Below, one piece after another: positions 30,108 through 38,845 of a stretch of DNA of 64,000 nucleotides. Source of the stretch: an uncultured Gammaproteobacteria bacterium (GTDB lineage Bacteria > Patescibacteriota > Microgenomatia > UBA8517); assembly GCA_964645605.1 (NCBI GenBank), contig CAZYCE010000002.1, positions 3,256 to 67,255 on the forward strand, read 5' to 3'. The notes beneath the pieces are model-generated. The model was not told the DNA's origin. It worked only from the letters and a program-made list of their open reading frames with translations, and ran no database searches. Position 1 is the first letter of the stretch. The number at the start of each line of letters is the position of its first letter. Both the position numbers and the translations under genes were made by a program.

Positions 30108-31843
30108 TTTTTATCACCCTCTTTCAATAGTTTTTCAAAATCAGCTAGATTTCTTGAGTTTATTATATCATGGGCTGTTGCCCAGCCGCGCCTGGCCACA
30201 GAAACGCCAAACGTCATGTTGTTCATTCCGTCGGCATGGTGGGCGTCTGTTCCCAAGGTCATTTTCACGCCAAGTTTCACAGCTTCGCGAACGAGAGTAT
30301 CGGGCAAATCAAGCCTCATGGGATCAGCATTTATTTCTATCCATTTGTTGTTCGTAATACAAAAATCAAAAATTTTCGGCCAATCAAGCTCCACACCTTC
30401 CCTCTCGTTGAGTTTTCTGGCAGTAGGATGAGCAAATATCTTGGCTTTGGGGTGAGAAAGCGCCTGCAAAACTCTTTTGGTCATTTCGATTCTGCCCAGA
30501 CTAAATGAGGAATGAATTGAAACCAAACAAAAATCCAAAAGTTCCAACCCCTTATCAGGGACAGGCAGGGAGCCGTCGCGCAGAATGTCAATTTCAAGGC
30601 TATTGAACACTTTTTTTATTCCCATATGGCCTTGGCGAGACGAGGTTGTATTCCCATTTTTAATTGAGTAATTAATATTATCAATCTTTTCACGCTTCCT
30701 TTTCAGTATTTCCACGAAATCTTTTTCGATGTGGCCTCTCTGGCTAGGATTGTGCTCAGTAAAGGCCAGATATTCATATTGGAGTTCATTGCCTTTTCTG
30801 ATAATCTCTTCCATAGAACTTTCTCCGAGATCGTGTGATGTTTCAATATCGAAGTCTGAATGAATTTGGAGATCTGCCTTAATATCTTTGAGCGTAATAA
30901 GGTTAGGGACCCTATTTTGAGAAGCAACATCAATCTCGCCCGTATCTTCTCTAAGTTCCGGTTCAATATAGGATAGTCCCAGATATTTGTAGAAAGACTC
31001 CTCGTCTTTAAACTCGATAAGTTTTCCCGTCGATTGGCTTTTTATTCCATATTCTGATAATGAAAAACCTTTTTTAAGCGCATATTCACGAAGGGCAATA
31101 TTATGATGTTTTGAACCAGTAAAATGCTGCAGGAGTGCTCCATATGAATCAACAGACTGGACCATAAGATCTACCCGTATTTCCCCGGGAAGCATAATTG
31201 AGGCTGTATGATCTCCCTTTTCTATAGTTTTTTGAGATTTCGGATATTTTGCAAAATACTCAAGGACGGTCGTTGAATTGTCCGCAGCAACGGCAATGTC
31301 AATGTCACCAATTGTTGATGCCTGGCGTCTGAGGCTTCCTAGCGGGTCTACGCGCACTACTCCGGGGCAACTTCGCAAATAGGTGATAATTTCACCGGCA
31401 ATCGAGGCAGCATACGGCAAAAGATACCTTTTAGCCTTCTTTTCCCTGTCCGCAACTTCTCTAAGCTTAGCCTGTACTTCCTTGGGATCTCCTTCTTTAA
31501 TCATATTCATAGCTGTTTTTATGCCTATTCCGGGTAATTCCATAAGTTTAAATGCTTCAGGGGGGATATCTTTCATAAGATCGTCAAAATGTTTTGACCG
31601 GCCTGATCTAAAAAGTTCATCCAGGTGTTCGGCAATCCCGGGGCCGATTCCAGGAACATCTTGGAGTTTTCCCTCATCCCAAATATCTTTAAGTTCCGAG
31701 GACGAATGCTCTACAGCGTCTGCCGCACGCTCATAAGCAATTATCTGAAATTTGTACCTTTGGTCATCTTGCAATTGATATGAGGCTGCAACGTCCCTCA
31801 AAAGCTCTGCAATTTGAAGATTGGTTAAGGATTTTGCTACCAT
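30104..31843 (-). CDS. DNA polymerase X family protein with a C-terminal PHP phosphoesterase domain (PolX)
   Basis: It has helix-hairpin-helix motifs (PGIGPGIAEH, LPGIGIKTAMN), a Pol-beta-like nucleotidyltransferase core (IGDIDIAV) and a C-terminal PHP domain (IHSDFDIETSHD... TDAHHADG). Confidence 0.8.
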   Translation of the reverse strand: MVAKSLTNLQIAELLRDVAASYQLQDDQRYKFQIIAYERAADAVEHSSSELKDIWDEGKLQDVPGIGPGIAEHLDELFRSGRSKHFDDLMKDIPPEAFKLMELPGIGIKTAMNMIKEGDPKEVQAKLREVADREKKAKRYLLPYAASIAGEIITYLRSCPGVVRVDPLGSLRRQASTIGDIDIAVAADNSTTVLEYFAKYPKSQKTIEKGDHTASIMLPGEIRVDLMVQSVDSYGALLQHFTGSKHHNIALREYALKKGFSLSEYGIKSQSTGKLIEFKDEESFYKYLGLSYIEPELREDTGEIDVASQNRVPNLITLKDIKADLQIHSDFDIETSHDLGESSMEEIIRKGNELQYEYLAFTEHNPSQRGHIEKDFVEILKRKREKIDNINYSIKNGNTTSSRQGHMGIKKVFNSLEIDILRDGSLPVPDKGLELLDFCLVSIHSSFSLGRIEMTKRVLQALSHPKAKIFAHPTARKLNEREGVELDWPKIFDFCITNNKWIEINADPMRLDLPDTLVREAVKLGVKMTLGTDAHHADGMNNMTFGVSVARRGWATAHDIINSRNLADFEKLLKEGDKK

Positions 31844-31896
31844 AAAACTATTATATATTAGTCAGTAAACATAGCGGAAAAATACAAATTTCTAGC

Positions 31897-32609
31897 TTAG
31901 TGTTTGGCAGATAGAAAAATAGAAGTTCCCCAAATGGGAAAGTGAGGATCCTTTTTAAGGTATTTTCTAGCCTTTGATACCAGTGGAAAACCTCTGGTTG
32001 ATGAGACTATTTTCTTAAAACCCAAGCTTTTAAGTACCCCTATCATGTCATCAATTGAAGGTAGCCAAATATGCGACGGCTCCATAAATGCATTACGAGT
32101 CCAGGTATTACGGTTAGGAATATTTATAAAAACGTAACCACCTGGTTTGAGTACACGCACAGCTTCATTTAATGCTTTTCGGCATTTGAAGGTTTTAAAT
32201 GCTCTAAGACGTCGGCGTAAACAATGCCTTCAAAAGACTTATTCCTAAAAGGCAAGCTCTGTGCGTCACACTGGATCGGGGTATGTGTATAAACTCTGTT
32301 CTTACTAAAATCAAGCGCCTCGTAGGAAAAATCGGTATGGGTAATTTCAATATCCAAGTTTAATTTATTTATCCAATAGCCCAAATTCCCTGTTGCACCC
32401 CCAACATCTAAAATCATACCCGAACCTTTAAATGTTGAGACGATCCAGGAAGCCATGTCTTTAAATCTATGTTGATATTCAGAATTGGGATCAAGATAGG
32501 ATCCATTCTTGGGGTAGTTAGAGCCTTCACCCCGATAGTAGTCTATCGTATTTTGGTGTTCGTCAGCGTATCTAATCCTCCTGCTTTCAAAAACTTGTTC
32601 AATAGTCAT
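31897..32609 (-). pseudogene. Class I SAM-dependent methyltransferase interrupted by a frameshift. It is split into the two ORFs 32169-32609 and 31897-32160.
   Basis: The upstream ORF carries motif I (ILDVGGATGNLG) and VYADVLEHL. The downstream ORF in another frame carries ALNEAVRVLKPGGYVFINIP, which is the post-II/III MTase motif. The frames differ by one register. The break lies at about 32165-32200 next to homopolymers tttt/aaa. Confidence 0.5.
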
Positions 32610-32747
32610 AAATTATAGGGTAATATAACATTCAATTTATTTATAGTCAAAGACAAAATATTGAATCGCTAGATTAATCACGCAACAATTGATATAATTG
32701 CCTTTATTGCGAGAGTTGTAAGCATGCTGCTTGCGACTTGATCCAAT

Positions 32748-33007
32748 GGGGTCGTAGCTCAACTGGCTAGAGCGCTTCCCTGTCAATTGTGGCAGCGTTC
32801 CGAAGTAATTCGGACTGTAAAACCAGGCTAATTCGGGGAAACCTGTAAAATGGCAATCCCGAGCTAAATCCTGAGAGAAATCGAAGGAAAATGTGTAGAG
32901 ACTATATACCTGGCTCCTATTATTAGGATGATGAGATAGTCCGAACTTTTTGAAAACAAAAAGGTGCACGGAAGAGGTTGCGAGTCCGAATCTCGTCGAT
33001 CCCGCCA
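32748..33007 (+). tRNA. tRNA-Asp(GUC) gene interrupted by a 183-nt group I intron in the anticodon loop. Exons are 32748-32783 and 32967-33007, with an encoded CCA.
   Basis: I folded this by hand. The acceptor stem is GGGGUCG/CGAUCCC with a G·U pair. The D arm is GCUC-AACUGGCUA-GAGC and the anticodon stem is CUUCC/GGAAG. The spliced loop is CUGU|CAC, the canonical tRNA-Asp loop. The T arm is GCGAG-UCCGAAU-CUCGU, followed by discriminator G and CCA. Confidence 0.8.
32784..32966 (+). ncRNA. Group I self-splicing intron inside the tRNA-Asp anticodon loop, inserted after U35
   Basis: P1 pairs C80-G95, U81-A94, G82-C93 and U83·G92, giving a U·G wobble at the 5' splice site. P2 is UCCGAA-GUAA-UUCGGA. 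P3 is CCAGG/CCUGG. P4 is UUCGGG/CCCGA. The P7 strands are GUAGAGACUA and AGAUAGUCC, which match the group I R and S consensus. P8 is UCCUA-UUAU-UAGGA. P9 is CUUUUUG-AAAA-CAAAAAG. The intron ends in G (omegaG) at 32966. Confidence 0.75.
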
Positions 33008-33129
33008 AATAACATTATTATTTTCCTCTTGACTTCGATCGTTTCTTACTTTACATTCAGCCTAATTCTAGCTTTATCAAAAAAGAGGCCTGCCACTCTG
33101 AAGCTGAAGGCGAAGGGTGGTGAATAAAT

Positions 33130-33675
33130 TTGAAATTTGATCTTAAAAAACTTCTAAAAAGAATTAGGCTTAACGAAGAAAATATTAGTATGGTTTTAGG
33201 TGCATTGGTTTTGATAATAGTTGGAGTTTTAGTTGTAAATTATTTCAAGGATAGAAGTAGCGGAAGTATTATCGAGAATGGCAATCAAATATCGGCAGTA
33301 AATGAACACACTGTAGTCGCAGGTGAAACTCTTTGGTCTATCGCAGAAAATTCCTACGGTTCCGGATACAACTGGGTAGATATTAAAAGTGCCAACAATT
33401 TAACATCCGATACTATCGACGTGGGACAAAAATTGGTTATTCCTGAAGATGTTACGATTAAGCAACCAACGACCACCGAAAAGTCTACGGTTTCATCTTT
33501 GGAATCTTCCTCTATACAGGGAAGCACATATACTGTAGTAAAAGGAGATAGTCTCTGGGATATAGCTGTAAGAGCTTACGGAGACGGCTACAAATGGACC
33601 GAAATTGCTCAAGCTAACAAGCTCGCGAATCCCAACATTATCCATGCGGGAAATGTTTTGATTTTACCGCGTTAA
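33130..33675 (+). CDS. LysM-domain protein. It is membrane-anchored and has two LysM peptidoglycan-binding repeats.
   Basis: It has an N-terminal transmembrane helix. The two LysM repeats are HTVVAGETLWSIAENSYGSGYNWVDIKSANNL...GQKLVIP and YTVVKGDSLWDIAVRAYGDGYKWTEIAQANKL...GNVLILP. Confidence 0.8.
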   Translation: MKFDLKKLLKRIRLNEENISMVLGALVLIIVGVLVVNYFKDRSSGSIIENGNQISAVNEHTVVAGETLWSIAENSYGSGYNWVDIKSANNLTSDTIDVGQKLVIPEDVTIKQPTTTEKSTVSSLESSSIQGSTYTVVKGDSLWDIAVRAYGDGYKWTEIAQANKLANPNIIHAGNVLILPR

Positions 33676-33740
33676 CGAAAAACCGAGGGAAGCGTGTACA
33701 TTCGATCAATGATATAATTCGAGTGTATTTGTTGTGCCGT

Positions 33741-33811
33741 GCGGGATTAGTTAAGCGGCCTAACGCTACCTTCCCAAGGTAGAGAAACGGGTTCAACTCC
33801 CGTATCCCGCT
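33741..33811 (+). tRNA. tRNA-Gly(CCC)
   Basis: This is a manual cloverleaf. The acceptor stem is GCGGGAU/AUCCCGC. The D arm is GUUA-AGCGGCC-UAAC. The anticodon stem is CUACC/GGUAG with loop UUCCCAA. The T arm is ACGGG-UUCAACU-CCCGU, with discriminator U. Confidence 0.85.
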
Positions 33812-33826
33812 CAAGCTGCCGAAATA

Positions 33827-34945
33827 ATGAAGAAATACTTTATCTTCTTTGTAATTGCTTGGATTATTTTTGTTTCACACGCTATTTATACACGCCATGG
33901 AATTTACGGCGACGGAAACGGATACTATTCATATACACAGGCTCTATATTTTGATAAATCCTTAAACTTTCAACCGATTTATAATTTTCTGGGGCATTTT
34001 CAGGGGCGGACGGGTGAATTTAGCCGTCTTTTTTGGGATACAAAATTTAATCCTTATTCTATCGGTACAGGCATGGTCTGGCTTCCGTCAATGGCTTTAA
34101 TGAATATTTTCTCCAGCGACAGGTTTAGCTTAATTTATGAACTTGGACCCGGGCTTACCGGCATAATCTGCATGCTTGCCGGCATATTCTTTATAGAGAA
34201 ATATCTTCTGAAACATTTTTCAAAAAAGGCCGTTTTTTGGGCAATACTTACATTATTTTTTGGCTCCAACGTATTTTATTACACATCCTTCGAGCCGGCT
34301 CTTTCACACCAACCCGCTTTTCTAATAATTGCCCTTTTAATTTATCTTACGGACAAAGAAACATTAAATACATTTATCTTGGGACTTTTTGCAGGACTTC
34401 TGGTTTGTATACGTATAGGCGATGCAATTCTTCTAATCCCGATTTTATTTATAATATTTGATAAAAAAGGGAGTCTCTGGAATTTTATTGCCGGGGCATT
34501 TATAGGATATTTGCCTCAACTAGCCAATCAGTATGTACAATTTCATAATTTATTTAATAACCCATATTTAAGCGGACAAAACGGGTCGTGGGATTTTAAT
34601 GTTTTAAACATATTTAGCGTTCTCTTTTCTCCAAGAAAGGGGCTTTTTATCTGGACTCCTTTGTATGCACTGTCCCTATACGGACTTTTTAAATACGAAA
34701 AATATTTAATTCTCATAACAATATTCATATACCTCCTGGCAACTTCTTTTTGGCCGGGAGGTCTTTCTGCCGGGTACGGAATAAGAACCATGTTTTCGGG
34801 AGTGCCGTATTTGTCTATCGGAATTGCGTATGTATTTAGCAAAATTAACCAAAATAATATCGTAAAAACTTTTTCATTTTTTTCGTTATACAATTTTCTT
34901 CTATTGCTTGGTTTCTACTTTCTTGGTTGGAAAAATTTACCTTAA
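33827..34945 (+). CDS. Polytopic membrane protein, possibly a GT-C-type glycosyltransferase or mannosyltransferase-like protein
   Basis: It is 372 aa with 9 or more predicted transmembrane helices and an aromatic-rich N-terminal loop (YTRHGIYGDGNGYYSYTQALYFD). Function is not established. Confidence 0.35.
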   Translation: MKKYFIFFVIAWIIFVSHAIYTRHGIYGDGNGYYSYTQALYFDKSLNFQPIYNFLGHFQGRTGEFSRLFWDTKFNPYSIGTGMVWLPSMALMNIFSSDRFSLIYELGPGLTGIICMLAGIFFIEKYLLKHFSKKAVFWAILTLFFGSNVFYYTSFEPALSHQPAFLIIALLIYLTDKETLNTFILGLFAGLLVCIRIGDAILLIPILFIIFDKKGSLWNFIAGAFIGYLPQLANQYVQFHNLFNNPYLSGQNGSWDFNVLNIFSVLFSPRKGLFIWTPLYALSLYGLFKYEKYLILITIFIYLLATSFWPGGLSAGYGIRTMFSGVPYLSIGIAYVFSKINQNNIVKTFSFFSLYNFLLLLGFYFLGWKNLP

Positions 34946-34984
34946 TATTTTTGTGCCTATAGGTGATATAATTAAGGCACGCGA

Positions 34985-35057
34985 GCCGAGGTAGCTCAGC
35001 TGGCAGAGCGGCGGTATCGTAAACCGCAGGTCGTGGGTTCGACCCCCACTCTCGGCT
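34985..35057 (+). tRNA. tRNA-Thr(CGU)
   Basis: This is a manual cloverleaf. The acceptor stem is GCCGAGG/UCUCGGC. It has U8 A9, a D arm GCUC-AGCUGGCA-GAGC, an anticodon stem GCGGU/ACCGC with loop AUCGUAA, and a T arm GUGGG-UUCGACC-CCCAC. Confidence 0.85.
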
Positions 35058-35067
35058 CAAAAGAAAT

Positions 35068-35784
35068 ATGAGTAGATTTGCAAGAAAATTCGCAGGTTTA
35101 GAGGAAAAGAAAAATACGAGAAAGGCATTTCTTTATGTTTTTCTGACTATTGTCGCTCTTTTCGGTCTTTATTTTCTTGGCATTCCAGCCTTGGGCAGGT
35201 TGACAACCTTTGTTTCGAGCCTTAAGGGAAACGATAAAAAAATTTCAAGCTCCGATTTCACCCCGCCACCTCCTCCCAAATTTAATAATTTTCCCGAATT
35301 CACAAACCAACAAAATTTAACATTAAATGGAAATACTGAGGCAGGATCTACGGTAAAACTTGTTTTTAACGGCACCTCCCAGGAAACACTTTCTGATAGT
35401 GACGGTCAATTTTCTTTTAATGTAACGCTTGAAGACGGAACAAATACCTTTGCCGCAACTGCCACGGATCAGGCAGGCAACCTAAGCCAAAAATCGGAAG
35501 ATTACCAAGTTAACTTTGATAAAAAGGCGCCCGATCTTGAAATTACATCCCCAAATGACGGCAGCAGTTATTTTGGATCAAACCAGAGGCAGGTTACCAT
35601 CGAGGGCAAAGCTGAGACGGACGCCGCAGTTACTATTAATGACAGAATCATTTTTGTAGACGATGAAGGAATTTTTCAATATACGACAACCTTGAAAGAC
35701 GGCAGCAATACTTTTAATATTAAATCTTCAGATAAAGCCGGGAACATAACAGAAAAAAGTTTGACTCTTAATTTCACTCCTTAA
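35068..35784 (+). CDS. Secreted or surface protein with an N-terminal transmembrane anchor, a proline linker and two Ig-like beta-sandwich repeats
   Basis: It has the helix LYVFLTIVALFGLYFLGI, a PPPPP linker, and repeated TDQAGN...S and SDKAGN...S motifs typical of bacterial Ig-like domains. Confidence 0.4.
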   Translation: MSRFARKFAGLEEKKNTRKAFLYVFLTIVALFGLYFLGIPALGRLTTFVSSLKGNDKKISSSDFTPPPPPKFNNFPEFTNQQNLTLNGNTEAGSTVKLVFNGTSQETLSDSDGQFSFNVTLEDGTNTFAATATDQAGNLSQKSEDYQVNFDKKAPDLEITSPNDGSSYFGSNQRQVTIEGKAETDAAVTINDRIIFVDDEGIFQYTTTLKDGSNTFNIKSSDKAGNITEKSLTLNFTP

Positions 35785-36943
35785 TGGCCACAGAAAGAAG
35801 GATACCCATGTAACCCATTACCCATGGGAAAAATAGAGAATTGGAAAAAACGCTATGGACTAAAAGTGCTGCAAATCCTGCAAGTACAGGTATTACGTAA
35901 AGACCTTTTAATGATTTAAGTAATTTGAAAATATTTCCCAAAAAAACCATTAGGCCAATTATGCCTGTTGTTGCCAAAATTAAAAGAATACTTGAATCCG
36001 ATCCTGAACAAGCATGTGAGGTAAATGGTTCTTCTCCTATATACACATTCCTGGCAATGCACATGTTGTTATACCCCACACCAAAAATTGGAGAGTGCCT
36101 GAAAACCTCCAACGCCTCTCTATAATTTGCAAAACGCGCGTCAATACTAAATGTCCGCGTAAGCACTATACTATGGTTTTTGGCAGTCGGTAAAATAAGA
36201 GCAATGATCCCCAAGGCAATTGCCAAATATAATGTTTTTCGAAGTTTCTTTTTTGCAATACCTATTACAATAACTGCCATAAAAAATGCCAGATAGGCGG
36301 CCCTCGCATATGTAAAAGCTAGAGATATTAAGAAAAAAACTATTATCGGGATATGCCATTTTTTCCCAGAATCAAGAAACTCGTTAATCGAAATGGAAAG
36401 GCCAAAAACAATTATTAATCCCAAAAATGTGGGATCCAAAAAAGATCCCGCCAGCCGGTATAAATGCATATCCCATCCAATGTAATAAAGAGGTTTTAGG
36501 TCGGGAACGCTAACAAACTGGATCCAACCGAAAATAGCAGAAAAGATTGAAACAGAAATCAAACTATTTACCAAAAGACGTTTGTTTACTCCACCTTTTT
36601 TGGCAAAATTCCAAACGTATACGAAAAAGTATGCATAAGCAAAAATTCTAAATAAATAAAAGGCGCCGTAAAGTACTGACTTATGAAAAATAGTTATCGA
36701 GAAGATAAAGGAAAAAGCAGTAACGGCAAGGAAAAAGGCAATATATTTAAAAAATTTCGGTGTCTTTTTTTGAAAGAGAATTGTATAAATTGCCCCCAAG
36801 CCTGCCACTATATCAATCGGTAGAAGAGGGATATTAAGTCCGGCAAAATTAAAATTTAACCGAATAATTTGGCCTAATGGAAAAATTATTAAAAACAGAA
36901 AAATAAAAACACTTTCCCAGTTTATTTTTTTTGTAATTCCCAT
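35774..36943 (-). CDS. O-antigen ligase / Wzy-like polymerase family membrane protein
   Basis: It is a 389-aa polytopic protein with a large periplasmic loop near the C-terminal third. It sits in the glycosyltransferase cluster. Family assignment is tentative. Confidence 0.4.
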   Translation of the reverse strand: MGITKKINWESVFIFLFLIIFPLGQIIRLNFNFAGLNIPLLPIDIVAGLGAIYTILFQKKTPKFFKYIAFFLAVTAFSFIFSITIFHKSVLYGAFYLFRIFAYAYFFVYVWNFAKKGGVNKRLLVNSLISVSIFSAIFGWIQFVSVPDLKPLYYIGWDMHLYRLAGSFLDPTFLGLIIVFGLSISINEFLDSGKKWHIPIIVFFLISLAFTYARAAYLAFFMAVIVIGIAKKKLRKTLYLAIALGIIALILPTAKNHSIVLTRTFSIDARFANYREALEVFRHSPIFGVGYNNMCIARNVYIGEEPFTSHACSGSDSSILLILATTGIIGLMVFLGNIFKLLKSLKGLYVIPVLAGFAALLVHSVFSNSLFFPWVMGYMGILLSVAIKE

Positions 36944-37494
36944 AATTTAGCCCAACCCAAAAATGAGTGGAATGATTGTACCATACTAAAAGTGAAACCG
37001 CGTCCCTGAAGCAAGTTTAATAACAACTTGCCTTTAGGATAAATTATTATTTTAAAAAGATTTGATCTTTTTCCCTCATCCCTGTTTTCTTTGGCATGCA
37101 AGCTAGAGTAATTGTTCATTTTCTCTATATATGAATGAAGGTCTTTTGCGGTGTTATGAATTAGATAATTTTCCAGCGTTCCGACTTTTCCTTTAATATT
37201 CCAGGTCTCGTGGACTTTTCTTTTCCAAACCCCGGCATCTGCTTTTCCAAGCCTTAAAACTTTATCTTCACCGATTTCCTCGTCCAAAAAAATAATTTTC
37301 CGCTTTATATAGAAACCGTTAAAGTCTTTCGGGTCAAGTTTTTCTATTTCATTTTTCAACTGTCCGGAAAGAGTTTCATCCGTATCGATAAATAGCACCC
37401 AGTCGGTTTTTGCCGATCTCAAAAGCCTGTTCCTAGCTGTCGCAAAATCCGTAATATTCTTTTCGTTTAAGATCAAAGTATCAATTTTTAACAT
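36922..37494 (-). CDS. Small GT2-like glycosyltransferase
   Basis: It has ATARNRLLRSAKTDWVLFIDTDE, which is GT-A nucleotide-binding with a DxD motif. It is 190 aa and overlaps its neighbours, which suggests operon coupling. Confidence 0.45.
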   Translation of the reverse strand: MLKIDTLILNEKNITDFATARNRLLRSAKTDWVLFIDTDETLSGQLKNEIEKLDPKDFNGFYIKRKIIFLDEEIGEDKVLRLGKADAGVWKRKVHETWNIKGKVGTLENYLIHNTAKDLHSYIEKMNNYSSLHAKENRDEGKRSNLFKIIIYPKGKLLLNLLQGRGFTFSMVQSFHSFLGWAKLWELQKK

Positions 37495-38845
37495 TTTTGA
37501 TTACATCTACGTTTTCCCCTGTTTCTGTAATTGTATAAACAAGGTTCGATTGCTGATCGATTCTACCTCCTTTTATTAAAATCAGATATTTATAATTTTG
37601 ACTGTAATTTTCAGCAAAATAATCAAAAGGGCCGATACGGACAATATTAAATGGACGCCCGGCTGCATCATCTACAATGTTTTGGGCGATTTTCTCTTGT
37701 TCTCCCAGCGGAATATACCCAATATCATTTTTATGTTCATTTTCAATATCAACAGTGCCTACAATAAAAAGTAAGACAAATATTGAAACTGACAATATCC
37801 TTGATGATTTCCTGACCCAGAACATTGATACGAAATAAGAAAAAAGTAATCCGAAATTAAGAAATATCGGAAAGAAATAATGCAGAGGCGGGCTCGTATG
37901 TATAAGAAGAGCAAAACACTGAACAATTGTTGAAAAAATAATATAAAAAGTCAGAAAATCTTTTGAAAATCTTCTCCGGTTTTGTACAAAAAACATGACG
38001 AAAAGAATAATGAAGATTGCGCTTCCCAGTATCCACAAATGGCTATTATAAAATAAATTCCTGCCAAAAAATTCGTTAAAGGAAGTAAGGGTTCCGACAC
38101 CACTTGCTCCGGTTAAATTATTTTTAGGATAGATTCCGGTAAAACCAGCTAATCGGTAGGGAATCCAAAGAACCAGGTTTTTGATCATGGAAAAACTATG
38201 CCCTGCATCATAAATTAAAACGGTAATGTTGGGTAAAATCAGTCCCGCAATAAACATTAAATAATTTTTGATTTTTAAATTTTTTCTTTTTATCCAAAAC
38301 GCCAATACAAAAACGATAAATAGCGGCAACTGGCTATAGTGAAAACTGAAAATCGCTCCAAAAGATACCCCCAACCAAAACATATATTTGTTTTTTCCGT
38401 TCCAAATCTTATACAAAAAATAGATCACAAGAGGCATCAAAATAAAAAAGAATGTGTGGAGTTTGGAAAGACGCGTTGCCCAAACCCAAAGCGGCGAAAC
38501 GGAAATAAAAGAGGTCAAAATTAAAGCAAATTTTTTATCAACGATTTTTTTAAATACCAAATAAGTTAGAAGGATTCCGGTCACCGAAACGGCCAGTGCG
38601 AGCCAAAACAGTATGTACGGCGACCAACCAAAAATTTTGGTTAACGGTATCAGTATCCAATAGTAAATCGGACCGTAGTTTAGCCATTCGTGAGAAGTCG
38701 GCATACCAACGAGAGGAAGGGATCCCTGCGCCGAATACTGCCAGGCATACAAGAGCTCTTTTCCAAGCTCTCCGGTAAAAAAATAGTTGCCCCAAATTTT
38801 ATAAACTCTTAAAAATGTTCCTAATAAAAGTGGGATAATTATCAT
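37481..38845 (-). CDS. GT-C-type membrane glycosyltransferase-like protein (ArnT/PMT-like)
   Basis: It is a 454-aa polytopic protein whose N-terminal region resembles family 39 / ArnT. Assignment is tentative. Confidence 0.4.
   Translation of the reverse strand: MIIIPLLLGTFLRVYKIWGNYFFTGELGKELLYAWQYSAQGSLPLVGMPTSHEWLNYGPIYYWILIPLTKIFGWSPYILFWLALAVSVTGILLTYLVFKKIVDKKFALILTSFISVSPLWVWATRLSKLHTFFFILMPLVIYFLYKIWNGKNKYMFWLGVSFGAIFSFHYSQLPLFIVFVLAFWIKRKNLKIKNYLMFIAGLILPNITVLIYDAGHSFSMIKNLVLWIPYRLAGFTGIYPKNNLTGASGVGTLTSFNEFFGRNLFYNSHLWILGSAIFIILFVMFFVQNRRRFSKDFLTFYIIFSTIVQCFALLIHTSPPLHYFFPIFLNFGLLFSYFVSMFWVRKSSRILSVSIFVLLFIVGTVDIENEHKNDIGYIPLGEQEKIAQNIVDDAAGRPFNIVRIGPFDYFAENYSQNYKYLILIKGGRIDQQSNLVYTITETGENVDVIKNVKN

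Noticed and set aside
32637-33008. A 123-aa minus-strand ORF
   Set aside because: It lies entirely antisense to the tRNA-Asp gene and its group I intron. It has no protein-like motifs. It is a spurious ORF.
34845-35060. A 71-aa minus-strand ORF
   Set aside because: It overlaps tRNA-Thr(CGU) on the opposite strand and the end of a membrane-protein gene. It is spurious.
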